Source: Methanoregula sp.
Lineage (GTDB): Archaea; Halobacteriota; Methanomicrobia; Methanomicrobiales; Methanospirillaceae
DNA: 64,000 bases
Direction of reading: 5' to 3'
Assembly: GCA_039698055.1 (NCBI GenBank)
Contig: JBDKTL010000039.1
Coordinates: 1-64,000 of the forward strand
Below the pieces are notes generated by a model, which worked only from the letters and a program-made list of their open reading frames with translations, was not told the DNA's origin and ran no database searches. A program made the position numbers and the translations under genes. This document shows, one piece after another, positions 1 through 11,916 of this stretch. Within the stretch, counting starts at the first letter, position 1, and the number at the start of each line of letters is the position of its first letter.

Positions 1-1790
<1,790 letters not shown>

Positions 1791-1871
1791 CGCTAAACCC
1801 AGACGAAATTCTGTGTGCAAAACCATATATCATATCCTGACATAGAGGATAGGGTATCAAATTACACGGTC

Positions 1872-1943
1872 GCCAAGGTGGCGGAGCGGCCACGCGGTTG
1901 ACTGCAGATCAACTACACTCCGGTTCAAATCCGGACCTTGGCT
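1872..1943 (+). tRNA. tRNA-Cys(GCA)
   Basis: Acceptor stem GCCAAGG/CCTTGGC, anticodon arm GTTGA-CTGCAGA-TCAAC, T-loop GGTTCAAATCC. Confidence 0.97.
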
Positions 1944-2025
1944 TTCACTGGATCTGCTTCGGCAGTCCGGTGAGGGGAAGAATACAAGTTCTTCGCCTGC
2001 ATCTAAAAAAAAGCAAACATGTGGT

Positions 2026-2147
2026 GATAGCGGCCATAGCAGTTGGGAAACACCTGGTCTCATTCCGAACCCAGCAGTTAAGCCAACTCACGTAGTATAT
2101 TGTACTGAGGTACGCGAGTCCTCGGGAACTATACTAAGCTGCTATCA
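2026..2147 (+). rRNA. rrf: 5S rRNA (ends approximate)
   Basis: Terminal helix GATAGCGGC...GCTGCTATC, conserved CATTCCGAAC and GTTAAGCC; followed by a pyrimidine tract. Confidence 0.96.
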
Positions 2148-2246
2148 CCTTTCCTTTTACACGATCACCTGTTCTTAAGAGATTTTTACCCATGAGCGAA
2201 TGCGCTCAAAAATGACATTGTATCGATAAGAGCGATACCAGCGGGT

Positions 2247-2972
2247 TCACGACCCAAAATGTTCAGTTGTATCCTTTGAGGCAATAAACGTGGAATAAAC
2301 CCTTTTAATTTCGGTTATTCCTGCAGTTTTAATGGGTTTTTCCGGCACTGTCCCTGGAGACGGTGCATTCTCCTCGGTCTGCAGTGCCGGGCAGAAATTG
2401 CAGATAGAGAAAAAAACTTCTTTTTCCCGGTCCCGGATCAGGCAGTAGAACGTTCCCCTGCGCTCTTCAACGGCAAAACCCCCGGGAAACGGCATGCCGA
2501 CAGGATGACCCGGGCGATCGAGCACAAACATCGTAAATGCCGCCATCAGGTAATAGAACATCCGGTGTTTCGGGGAATAGGGAAAAGGTGTCCGTTCTGC
2601 CTGTTCGTCCCATGCAAAACACCCCCTGGGGATCATTTCACAGAACTTTGAGAATGTTTCGCGATCGGTGATCGGGCCTGTCATGGTCCCAAATGACCCG
2701 TTCCGGTACATCGTGAGGAGTGCGTGGTGCGCCCCGAATATCTGCTCGATGAAGTATGGCTGGACCTGGTTACGGTACGATGCCGGGAGCCGGACCAGTT
2801 CTGCATAGAGCCTGCCGCCAAGAACCTGGAGATCGGCAAGGGAATATTTGGCCGTTTCCCTGGCAATAAGTGTTCCCAGTTCGCCTTTTGTCGTCGCAGC
2901 AGCAAACTGCCTGGATATGCTGCAGATCTGCTCTTTTTCTCGTGCGGATGCCAGTTGGTCGGAACTCATCAT
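2247..2972 (-). CDS. DUF2115 / UPF0305 family methanogen protein
   Basis: PGHPVGMPFPGG motif and C-terminal YC...CNFCPA cysteine cluster typical of this family. Confidence 0.8.
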   Translation of the reverse strand: MMSSDQLASAREKEQICSISRQFAAATTKGELGTLIARETAKYSLADLQVLGGRLYAELVRLPASYRNQVQPYFIEQIFGAHHALLTMYRNGSFGTMTGPITDRETFSKFCEMIPRGCFAWDEQAERTPFPYSPKHRMFYYLMAAFTMFVLDRPGHPVGMPFPGGFAVEERRGTFYCLIRDREKEVFFSICNFCPALQTEENAPSPGTVPEKPIKTAGITEIKRVYSTFIASKDTTEHFGS

Positions 2973-3130
2973 GAAAAACACTTTTAAAATAAACGGATGG
3001 TCTTTTTAGTACCGTTTGCGCCGGTGGATATTAGGACTTGCGGATAAACAACCAGCCATAACCCGGCCATATCGTTTGCACCGGAATAAAAAACGTAATG
3101 TTTATCCGCCGGTCTCTTCCACTCACGCGT

Positions 3131-3553
3131 ATGAAACGCATTCTCCTTTGTTGTATCGTTATTCTTGCGGCCCTTCTTGCAGGATGCACACAGCCCGCGA
3201 CGACCACCACGGCACCGCCGGCATTTGTGCAGACACAAAGTGTTGCCATAACCCCCACAACAGCAATCTCACCGGTTCCCACGTTCCATATGCAGATCAA
3301 CGTTACGGCAGTGCAGACAAATAGCGATGTAATTGTGCAGTATAACGGCGGGCAGGATGCTGCTTACCTTACCGGCCTGAAAATCAGGATTGACAACTAC
3401 AACGGCCAGACCATTGAACGGACGATGACCTATCCAAAAATCGGCGATGTCTATACCTTCTCCTACATCGGCACGCCGGATGCTGACCGGGTCAATGTTA
3501 TCGGCACATTTACCGGCGGAAGCGAACAGACCGTCCTTTTCACCTATGTCTGA
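3131..3553 (+). CDS. Putative lipoprotein / surface protein
   Basis: Signal peptide with lipobox-like LLAGC, Thr/Pro-rich linker, beta-rich C-terminal domain. Confidence 0.75.
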   Translation: MKRILLCCIVILAALLAGCTQPATTTTAPPAFVQTQSVAITPTTAISPVPTFHMQINVTAVQTNSDVIVQYNGGQDAAYLTGLKIRIDNYNGQTIERTMTYPKIGDVYTFSYIGTPDADRVNVIGTFTGGSEQTVLFTYV

Positions 3554-3738
3554 TTCATCAGGTGAGAACGGCAGACATTTTTTTTAACACGGGGCGGACT
3601 AAAAAACCTATAAAGTTCGTAGTTTTCTCTTACCGGCATGCAGGTTATCGCAATTCCGGGGATATTATCACCCCATGGGTGTTCTGGTCAGGAACCCCGG
3701 GCCCTTTTTTTAACCCCTTAAATTAAAAAAAAGAGGAT

Positions 3739-4323
3739 TTATCCCCAGCCATTGAGCTCTGTTTTCATTACCCCGGCACTGGTTGTTACCTCGTACTTGA
3801 TAAAGCCCGGGACACCGGGTGCCGTCCAGTAATACATCGTCCCGCTCTGTGGCGAGGTGATGGAATATTTGGATGCCGTCGCATAGGTGCCGGCAGGAAC
3901 TGTCACCGGCTCGATGCCGACAAAGGTAAACTGGACATCTGATTTAATGTCGTTGGGATTGCTTTGTTCCGACGCAGTCTGTGTACCCTGCGATGAGCAG
4001 TCCATCGTCATCGGGCTGGGCATCGATGAGCTGGTAATGGTCATCTTACAGGCCCCGGATTTCTCGTACCGGTATATCATTGTCACCGTTTCCCCGCCGG
4101 AGTTTGTTACAGTCTTGTACTCCATCCAGTTGTAGTTGGCATTTCCAAGAACCGACTGCCCGCTTACCACCGATCCTGCTGTTGGTGAAGCACCCGCCGG
4201 AGCCGTGTTTCCCGTTGTTGTTCCCGCCGCCGGTGCCGATGGACTCGTGCTGGCGCATCCGGCGCAGAAAACCGCAATCACGGCCAGCGTGATGACAAAA
4301 AGAGTAGTCTTGGCAAATTTCAT
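3739..4323 (-). CDS. Putative lipoprotein
   Basis: Signal peptide ending VFCAGC, Ser/Thr/Pro/Ala linker, EPVTVPAGTY motif common in secreted beta-rich domains. Confidence 0.75.
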   Translation of the reverse strand: MKFAKTTLFVITLAVIAVFCAGCASTSPSAPAAGTTTGNTAPAGASPTAGSVVSGQSVLGNANYNWMEYKTVTNSGGETVTMIYRYEKSGACKMTITSSSMPSPMTMDCSSQGTQTASEQSNPNDIKSDVQFTFVGIEPVTVPAGTYATASKYSITSPQSGTMYYWTAPGVPGFIKYEVTTSAGVMKTELNGWG

Positions 4324-4568
4324 GAAACTATCACATCCTGTTCATCCACCGGTATCCCAAGGATCATTAAAGGAGGGTGCCTGTGGAATATGAACACTAT
4401 TCTACTCGTAGGTTATTTTTATTAAAAATACCGAAATATATCTGGTATAAAATATTGTCCCGGGTTTCGGACGGGAAACAATCCGGATTTTCCCGCCATC
4501 GGATCGCCAACTGCAACCGGGCGTTTTGTCGCGGGGAACAGGTTACCCAAACGAACCTGCCCGGAGTT

Positions 4569-5855
4569 TTATTCCCGGACTGCCGCCGCGAGAATACCGC
4601 AGGCGACAAGGCACCCGCCGACAACAACAAGCCCGGCATGCATCCCTCCCGTTGTCTGCGCAAGGACACCCATCAGCGATGGCCCGACAAATCCCCCGAC
4701 ATTTCCTATCGAGTTCACTAACGCGATGCCGATGGCAGCTGCTGCCCCGCTCAGGAACAGGGCCGGCAGGGTCCAGAAGGGTCCAAAGCAGCAGAAGACC
4801 CCGATTGTCGCGATAATGATCAGGAGGAATGCGACTAAGGGATCTGGCGAGATGCCCGCCCCGGCAAGGGCAAGTCCCCCAAAAAGAGGCGGGACTGCCA
4901 CGTGCCACCGGTGTTCACCGGTCGTATCCGAATGCCGGGACCAGAGGATCATTGCACTACATGCACAGGAATAGGGGATCATCATGACCATGCCAATCTC
5001 GAAATTGCTATACGACTGGTTCAGCGAGCGGATGATCTGCGGCATCCAGAACCCAAGGCCGTACAGCCCGATGGTCAGCATGCAGTAGATGGCGGCAAGG
5101 TGCCAGATCCGCCGATCGGCGATGATGGAAAGGAACCGCGAAGACCCGTTCTGTGGGGTGTGCGCAGCCCGGTCGTTTGCAAGTGCCTGAACAAGCCATG
5201 TCTTCTCGTCAGGTTCCAGCCAGCCGGCGTCCTCCGGCCGGTCGGTGAGGTACCACCATGTAACGATACCGAGGATCACGGCGGGCAATCCTTCGATGAT
5301 AAAGAGCCAGCGCCATCCCGGCATGCCAAACCAGTGGATATTGTCAAGGATCCATGTCGAAACAGGAGCGCCGATGATGGTGGATACTGTCAGGGCGGTC
5401 ATGAACAGGGCGACGGCCCGGGCAAGATCCTGCTGCCGGAACCAGCACGTGATATACAGGATGATGCCCGGGAAGAATCCTGCCTCTGCAACCCCGAGAA
5501 TAAACCTGAGTCCTGCCAGCTGGAGTGCGTCGGTGGCAAACGCCGTCACGATGACCACGATCCCCCAGCTGATGAGGATTCGGGTGATCCAGACCCGTGC
5601 CCCGATGCGCTGGAGCATCATGTTGCTTGGCACTTCAAAGATGAGATACCCGATGAAAAAAATCCCCGAGAGAAACCCGAACACTTCGCCTGAAAGCCCA
5701 AGCGCACTGTTCATTTCAAGCGCGGCAAACCCGAAGTTCACCCGGTCGAGATATGCGATCACGTAGAGGATGAAAAGGAACGGGAGCAGGCGCAAGCTCA
5801 CTTTTTTTACGGTACGGCAGCCGGTCTCATCATCGCTTGCGTGCACCATTTCCAT
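4569..5855 (-). CDS. MFS transporter, anion:cation symporter (TtuB/phthalate permease-like)
   Basis: YLDRVN, FEVPSN, GVAEAGFFPG and WRWLFIIEGLP motifs; about 12 hydrophobic segments. Confidence 0.9.
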   Translation of the reverse strand: MEMVHASDDETGCRTVKKVSLRLLPFLFILYVIAYLDRVNFGFAALEMNSALGLSGEVFGFLSGIFFIGYLIFEVPSNMMLQRIGARVWITRILISWGIVVIVTAFATDALQLAGLRFILGVAEAGFFPGIILYITCWFRQQDLARAVALFMTALTVSTIIGAPVSTWILDNIHWFGMPGWRWLFIIEGLPAVILGIVTWWYLTDRPEDAGWLEPDEKTWLVQALANDRAAHTPQNGSSRFLSIIADRRIWHLAAIYCMLTIGLYGLGFWMPQIIRSLNQSYSNFEIGMVMMIPYSCACSAMILWSRHSDTTGEHRWHVAVPPLFGGLALAGAGISPDPLVAFLLIIIATIGVFCCFGPFWTLPALFLSGAAAAIGIALVNSIGNVGGFVGPSLMGVLAQTTGGMHAGLVVVGGCLVACGILAAAVRE

Positions 5856-6053
5856 TCATGCGGGAACGATGTTATTTCTACCTGTTTTTACGTGCTGCAA
5901 GCGGCGTATGGGATCAGAGCTGCAAAACGTCCTCACCCGTTGCTTATGCAACGATATATCCCGCAGGCTCGATTGAGTCTCAGATGAAAAACCAACGAAT
6001 TCTCCAGATCTGAAAATCAATACCTATACTACCCTTAAAATCCTACCTTTTGT

Positions 6054-6497
6054 ATGGAAAAAAGCGCTGCCTGGGCCAGCCTCCCGGGGACAACCACGTT
6101 TGAAAAGATTGCGTCGCTTGGGATTGTCGGTGGAAGACAGATCGATATCCGCGAACTGGACTCCATTTCGAAAAAGTACGGGATCGTGATCTATCTCTTT
6201 TTTGAAAAAGAGCTCGTGCATACCCATACCATTGAGCAGGTGATCGACCAGTACAGGGATGTGCCGGAATTTGAACGGCCCTATATCCCGGTTGACCGGT
6301 TTATTGAGTTCACCAAAGAAAATGATCCGTCGTTTACCCGGACCATGGAAGAGTTCCCGCTGATGGTTGAAATTGTTGTCATCGGAGATATGCACGCAGA
6401 ACCGGGGGCCGGGGAAGTCCCCTTTGTCTCGGGACTCATGCCATTTCTTGACGAACTGGACGTGGATGCCGGGCCGCCGGAAGTTACTCTCGGGTAA
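6054..6497 (+). CDS. Hypothetical protein
   Basis: 147-aa ATG ORF with natural protein-like composition. Confidence 0.65.
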   Translation: MEKSAAWASLPGTTTFEKIASLGIVGGRQIDIRELDSISKKYGIVIYLFFEKELVHTHTIEQVIDQYRDVPEFERPYIPVDRFIEFTKENDPSFTRTMEEFPLMVEIVVIGDMHAEPGAGEVPFVSGLMPFLDELDVDAGPPEVTLG

Positions 6498-6622
6498 ACA
6501 CAGGCATGGTGCGGATTTTTTGCCTCATCCGGGCATACCCCGGTTTTACACGGGTGCCCGGGAGCAATCTCCGGTATTTTTCCAGTTGATCGCGGGGATA
6601 CTCCCCGGCAGGATGATGGGCG

Positions 6623-7003
6623 ATGGGGAAAAAAAGATCGCGCCGGTATATCTGGAAGGTGGTCATCGGCTTTGGCTTTCTCTCGGGACTCTGGACTGCG
6701 ATTGGCATTGACCCGGAGGACATCCTTTTATCGGCTCTTGAAAATACCGCCGACGCCGTCTACCCCAGCCCCACGCTCCGGTATCTTTTTCTCCTCCTTC
6801 CCACCCTGCTGCTCATCGTATCCATTTTCAGCGCGTACAAAGAGGGGAAACTTTTGGGGCTGGTCTCTGTCGTTGTTGCCTACATCTCCGGGCTGTTCAT
6901 CATCGCCCGCACGGAGATTGCGGTTATACTCCTGTGCGGCGCTGTACTCCTTGGGTTCCTGTCGACAAACCCCCGCATGAGGCGGAGGATCCTGAACCTA
7001 TAA
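6623..7003 (+). CDS. Hypothetical membrane protein
   Basis: About four hydrophobic segments with basic termini. Confidence 0.7.
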   Translation: MGKKRSRRYIWKVVIGFGFLSGLWTAIGIDPEDILLSALENTADAVYPSPTLRYLFLLLPTLLLIVSIFSAYKEGKLLGLVSVVVAYISGLFIIARTEIAVILLCGAVLLGFLSTNPRMRRRILNL

Positions 7004-7043
7004 GAGCTATGTTATAATTCCGGCACAGCGAATATATCAGGAT

Positions 7044-7787
7044 ATGAGTCTGTTCCCAAAGAAACATTTTATCTGGTTTTTTGACTCAATAGCCCCCAGC
7101 AGGTACCTGCTGAAGTTCCGTAAACTGGCAGTTTTTGAACCATTTGTGGGCAACGATATTGCCAACCGGGGCAGGCTTTCCCATTACGGGCGCACCGATC
7201 GCAAGCAGTTTGCCACGTCCTTAAAAAAGATCAAGTCCGAAACCGAACTGCTCCTTGAGGATATCGAGGCGTACCATATCCACATGGCGGTAAAAATCAC
7301 GCAGAAAGTGCCCGGCGACATCGCGGAAGTCGGCGTGTACAAGGGCGGATCGGCAAAGATCATCTGTGCGGCAAAAGGGGACAAACCCCTCCACCTGTTC
7401 GATACGTTCGAAGGGCTCCCGAAAGTGGACGATGTCGATATGGTCTGGCCGTTCTACGAAGGAAAGTTTGCCGCGTCCTACGACAGCGTGAAGGCATATC
7501 TTGGGACAGAAAAGAACGTGCACTTTTACAAGGGCATTTTCCCCGACACGTCCGGGCCGGTAAAAGATACCCGGTTTTCGCTGGTGAATCTTGACGTGGA
7601 CACGTACGAGAGCACCAAAAAATGCATCGAGTTCTTCTACCCCCGTATGAGTTCCGGCGGCGTGATCATCTCCCACGATTATCTCACGGCACCCGGCGTG
7701 CAGAAAGCGTTTGACGAGTTCTTTGTCGATAAGCAGGAACCTGTTGTCGAAACCGCCGGCTCCCAGTGCTTTGTCGTGAAAGTGTAG
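7044..7787 (+). CDS. TylF/MycF/NovP family O-methyltransferase
   Basis: VPGDIAEVGVYKGGS, LFDTFEGLP, LDVDTYEST and GGVIISHDY motifs. Confidence 0.88.
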   Translation: MSLFPKKHFIWFFDSIAPSRYLLKFRKLAVFEPFVGNDIANRGRLSHYGRTDRKQFATSLKKIKSETELLLEDIEAYHIHMAVKITQKVPGDIAEVGVYKGGSAKIICAAKGDKPLHLFDTFEGLPKVDDVDMVWPFYEGKFAASYDSVKAYLGTEKNVHFYKGIFPDTSGPVKDTRFSLVNLDVDTYESTKKCIEFFYPRMSSGGVIISHDYLTAPGVQKAFDEFFVDKQEPVVETAGSQCFVVKV

Positions 7788-8050
7788 GATCGAAACTACC
7801 TGCCCCCAAGCGATCACCAGCCGGTCTGTCTCACCACAAGAGATAAACCGGGACAAAATTCCCTGTTTTTCCCCATCTCCTTTCAAATGAAAACCGCTGG
7901 AACGCAACCGGTATCCCCAACCGCTGGTTCAGGACAGGTGCTCAGGGAATATCCACGAATGACCGTGAGACGCACTCCACAAAGGCTCACTAAAAAAAAA
8001 GATCTTTTATTTGACCGCCGTCACGCGTCCATCGGTTGTGCCCACAACCA

Positions 8051-8230
8051 TTACTCTTTGACAATCAGGATACCAAATACCAGTGCCATCAGCCCGGCGA
8101 GAAGGACAACAATCCCGATGAGTCCCTTGACCGCGATAATGACATCCGGCAAAAATATCCAGATTGCATATCCGCCGATGGCGATCAGCACCAGCCCGGC
8201 AATCAATGCGAAAATACCCATCTTATCCAT
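8051..8230 (-). CDS. Small two-TM membrane protein
   Basis: 59 aa from MDKMGIFAL with two hydrophobic helices; GGTGA RBS-like sequence upstream. Confidence 0.65.
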   Translation of the reverse strand: MDKMGIFALIAGLVLIAIGGYAIWIFLPDVIIAVKGLIGIVVLLAGLMALVFGILIVKE

Positions 8231-8540
8231 TCTTTTTTCACCTATCACCGTTAGAGAATCCGACTTAATAAGCCTGTTGACCGTGTGTATTTTTGATAGG
8301 AAAATCTTGAGAATCTGAAATTTTCTGTCTCTCTGATTTTTTTTGTGATCCGGCCGGTCTGGAAATCCGGGCCATCTTTTCCGGATTACCACCGGTTACC
8401 AGATGCCGGTCCAATCCTGCGGCAAGTTCTTTTTCGTGTGAGGAGCCCGGGGGAATCGGGGTTTTGGAAAGGAGGTATTGCCGGATTGAAATCTGTGGGG
8501 AGAAGTATAGTGGAAAGAGGGAGTTCATATGCCGTGAAGA

Positions 8541-9152
8541 TCACCGCGTATTGTCGGGCCCGATCAGCAGGAGTCTCTGTACTGCATCGATCCAGATCTT
8601 TTTTGCCGCATCCACACCCATCTCCAGGAAGTCGGAACTGGTGAGCAGGCCCATGGACATTGCGATGATCATATAGGTGGCTGTATCGGGATCTACCTCG
8701 CGCGACACGTTTCCCCTGGCTTTCACTCTGGCAAGGCAGTCGCGGATGAGAATCCGGCAGTTATCAAAGATGTGGATAAATTCCCCACGGTATTTTGGAT
8801 CCTGAGGCCTTCGGGTAGGCAGCAGGAAGAAGATACTCGCATAGGGTTTCTGCTGCTCAAAGAGCAGCTCGGCGAGATTACGGATAATGAGATGGATATC
8901 CTCATCCTGTGCAAGTATTGTTTCAAGCCCGGCCTGGATATTCTGGACTACTTCGAGAACCACATCACGCAACAGCGCCTCCCGGTTCTCGAAGTAACTG
9001 TAAAGAGCGGGTTTTGAAACACCGACATTCTGGGCAATTGCATCGAGCGTCACCGCGTCCCACCCGATTTCGGCGGCTACATCAAGAGCTGCAGCAATGA
9101 TTTTTTTCTTTGCATCTTCGCGGTATTCCGTATTAATCCGTGGCATTCTCAT
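8541..9152 (-). CDS. TetR/AcrR family transcriptional regulator
   Basis: N-terminal HTH (TLDAIAQNVGVSKPALYSYFENRE); divergent from the RND transporter gene. Confidence 0.92.
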   Translation of the reverse strand: MRMPRINTEYREDAKKKIIAAALDVAAEIGWDAVTLDAIAQNVGVSKPALYSYFENREALLRDVVLEVVQNIQAGLETILAQDEDIHLIIRNLAELLFEQQKPYASIFFLLPTRRPQDPKYRGEFIHIFDNCRILIRDCLARVKARGNVSREVDPDTATYMIIAMSMGLLTSSDFLEMGVDAAKKIWIDAVQRLLLIGPDNTR

Positions 9153-9240
9153 CTCTTTTTTGGGTTTACGGTATATTCATATTTCGTTCTTTCCAGTTAC
9201 TTAACGTGTATTAATCCAATTTACTAATAATTAAATAATC

Positions 9241-9254
9241 TTAATGTACATTAA
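9241..9254. promoter_or_regulatory. Perfect 14-bp palindrome, candidate TetR operator
   Basis: TTAATGTACATTAA in the AT-rich divergent promoter region between tetR and the RND gene. Confidence 0.4.
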
Positions 9255-9593
9255 TTATTGCGGAGGGACATGAAACCCGCACTGCACAGGAAATACCGGA
9301 GAAGATGGCGATTTGTTTGCAGGAAAAAAGACGAAAAGGATTCAGGTAGCGCGAGCAGAACACCGAAAACGCAACAGGATATGGCAGGACACTGCAGCTA
9401 GCGGGCATTTCGCGTGGAACCCCCCTTGAGTATACCCCCAATGATAAATGACACCGTGGCGGCCCGGCTGCGAATCACCGGACGGGAAGCGATTGCAATG
9501 AGAGAACCGGTCACTGTAAGATGAGCGGGATCATCAGCACAAAGACAGGTTACCGGTTCCTGGTTGACGACTGCCAGATATGGAAAGATACCG

Positions 9594-11912
9594 ATGATAA
9601 AAGAACTCTTTGAAGGCATCGCGAATACGATCATCGGGAAGCCGAAGCTGGTTGCCGGCTTGGTCCTGGTCCTTTTCTGTATCGGTCTCTACGGAGTGAC
9701 CATGCTTAGCATGGAGACGGGGTGGGAAACCTACATCGACAAGGACACCCCCGGTGGAGCCCTTCAGGCAAAATATGAAGATCACTTCCAGTCAGATACA
9801 ATCATTCTCATTGTTGAAGCCAGTGACCCGATGAGCCCAAATGTCCTTTCATATATCAATACTCTCGAAACGGATTTCCGGCAGCAACAGAATATCCAGA
9901 GCGTAACCAGCATTGTCGACGTGCTGAAAAGTGCCAATGGCGGGGCGCTGCCCTCATCAAAGGCTGAAACAGTGCGCATGGTCAATGCACTTCCCAAAAG
10001 CACCCGCGAACAGGTTGCACCTTCCAACGTGCTTACCCTTGTCCAAATCCAGCTCGCCCCGAAATTGTCCGATACCGTTCAGAAATCCGTGCTGGACAAT
10101 GTGGCATCGATTATCGAAAATTCCAACCCGCCAGCTGGAATAAAAGTGGAAATCTCCGGCACCCCGGCATTCACCCAGCAGATGAAGGAGGGACTTACGA
10201 GCAATATGGGCATCCTTATCGGAGGAGCCATGGTCCTGATGATCATCACGATGGGGATCCTCTTTTCCTACGTCCGGTACCGGTTCATGCCGGTCATCCT
10301 CGTCGGGATCGGTCTTGTGATCTCACTGGGCCTGATGGGACTCGCCGGAATCCACCTGAACATGGCGGTGATCGGGGCTTTCCCGGTACTGATCGGCCTT
10401 GGGATCGATTATGCAATCCAGTTCCATGCCCGGTTCGACGAGGAGATCAGGAAGGGATCGATTGAGGATGCAGTCTTGGTAACGGTGACCCGCACCGGCC
10501 CTGCCGTCATGTACGCGATGCTTGCTACCTGCATGGGTTTTCTTGCAATGTTTGTATCGGATGTTCCCATGATCCGCTCGTTCGGCCTCGTGGCGATTAT
10601 GGGGATTTTTACCTGTTACTGGGTTTCGTGCATTGGTATGCCCACGCTTGGTCTCCTGCTGAAATACCAGCCCAAGCAGCAAAAAACCGACACCTGCTAT
10701 GCCGTGGGGACGGATGCGTGCGATACAATCATCGGGAACCCGGAAAAAAACCGGAACACGAAGAACAGGAAGAAGAGTTCCTTCTCCTATGGGAAGTTTC
10801 TCACGGACACTTCGGTAAAGATTGCAAAGAACCCGGTACCGGTCCTGCTCCTGGCCGGTCTTATCGCACTGATTGGGTTCCAGATCGATCCGAACATCCC
10901 GGTGCAATCGGATGAGAACTCAATGGTTCCCTCGGGTATGCTGGCCAAGATCAATATCGACAAGGTCACCCGCATCATGGGATCGACCGATACCGCAGAC
11001 TTCCTTGTACAGGGTTCGCGGGTGACTGACCTTGACACCGTGATCTGGATGAAGGAGTTCCAGGAGTACGAACTGTCGCACCATCCGGAACTCACCGCAT
11101 CCACAAGCATCGCCACCTATGTTCTCCAGTATAATGGCGACGTGATGCCGGAGACTCAGGGAGGGCTCAATGCCGTGCTGGAGAATATCCCGGATGATAC
11201 CAAAAAAACCTGTATCAGCGGATCGATGAGCGGAATCATCAGATTCAACACCATCAAACTCGCAATGGGACAAAAGAGTACCCTAAAAGAGCAGATGAAC
11301 AAGGATATCAGGTTCCTCGAACCCCCGATCGGCATTACCATAACTCCCGCAGGAAATTTTGAGCTGTATACCATGCTGCTGCGATCCCTCTCGGATTCCA
11401 AGGAGACCATGACGTTCCTCGGATTCATCTTTGTCTTCGTCTTCCTCATCCTTGTGTACCGGCACTTCGATGCAGTCTCGCCGATCATCCCCATCATTTT
11501 TGTCGTGGGCTGGAATGCTGTCATGATGTATATCCTGGGCATCGACTATACGCCGCTCACCGCCACCCTGGGATCAATGACGATTGGGGTCGCTGCCGAA
11601 TATACGATCCTCGTCATGGAACGGTATGCCGAGGAGGAGGAGCGGACGCACGATCCCATCGCCGCCATCCAGGAAAGCGTGCAGAAGATCGGCACCGCCA
11701 TCACGGTTTCGGGGCTTGCCACGTTCTTCGGGTTCTCGGCTCTCTGCCTCGCTACATTTCCCGTCATCGCCAATTTCGGCACAACGACCCTGATCGCTGT
11801 GGCATTCTCCCTGATTGGTGCGATCTTTGTCATGCCCGCGGTGCTCTCGCTGTTCGGCAGCTTCTCCAAATGGCTTGAGCGGAGAAAAGCAGGGGAAAAG
11901 GTATCGGGGTGA
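9594..11912 (+). CDS. RND superfamily (HAE3/MMPL-like) transporter
   Basis: Duplicated architecture of an extracytoplasmic domain plus TM bundle; GLGIDYAIQ and GVAAEYTIL motifs. Confidence 0.9.
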   Translation: MIKELFEGIANTIIGKPKLVAGLVLVLFCIGLYGVTMLSMETGWETYIDKDTPGGALQAKYEDHFQSDTIILIVEASDPMSPNVLSYINTLETDFRQQQNIQSVTSIVDVLKSANGGALPSSKAETVRMVNALPKSTREQVAPSNVLTLVQIQLAPKLSDTVQKSVLDNVASIIENSNPPAGIKVEISGTPAFTQQMKEGLTSNMGILIGGAMVLMIITMGILFSYVRYRFMPVILVGIGLVISLGLMGLAGIHLNMAVIGAFPVLIGLGIDYAIQFHARFDEEIRKGSIEDAVLVTVTRTGPAVMYAMLATCMGFLAMFVSDVPMIRSFGLVAIMGIFTCYWVSCIGMPTLGLLLKYQPKQQKTDTCYAVGTDACDTIIGNPEKNRNTKNRKKSSFSYGKFLTDTSVKIAKNPVPVLLLAGLIALIGFQIDPNIPVQSDENSMVPSGMLAKINIDKVTRIMGSTDTADFLVQGSRVTDLDTVIWMKEFQEYELSHHPELTASTSIATYVLQYNGDVMPETQGGLNAVLENIPDDTKKTCISGSMSGIIRFNTIKLAMGQKSTLKEQMNKDIRFLEPPIGITITPAGNFELYTMLLRSLSDSKETMTFLGFIFVFVFLILVYRHFDAVSPIIPIIFVVGWNAVMMYILGIDYTPLTATLGSMTIGVAAEYTILVMERYAEEEERTHDPIAAIQESVQKIGTAITVSGLATFFGFSALCLATFPVIANFGTTTLIAVAFSLIGAIFVMPAVLSLFGSFSKWLERRKAGEKVSG

Positions 11913-11916
11913 GCGA

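Noticed and set aside
7044-7787. TylF methyltransferase as part of the rSAM lipid cluster
   Set aside because: Separated by two oppositely oriented genes; only proximity links it.
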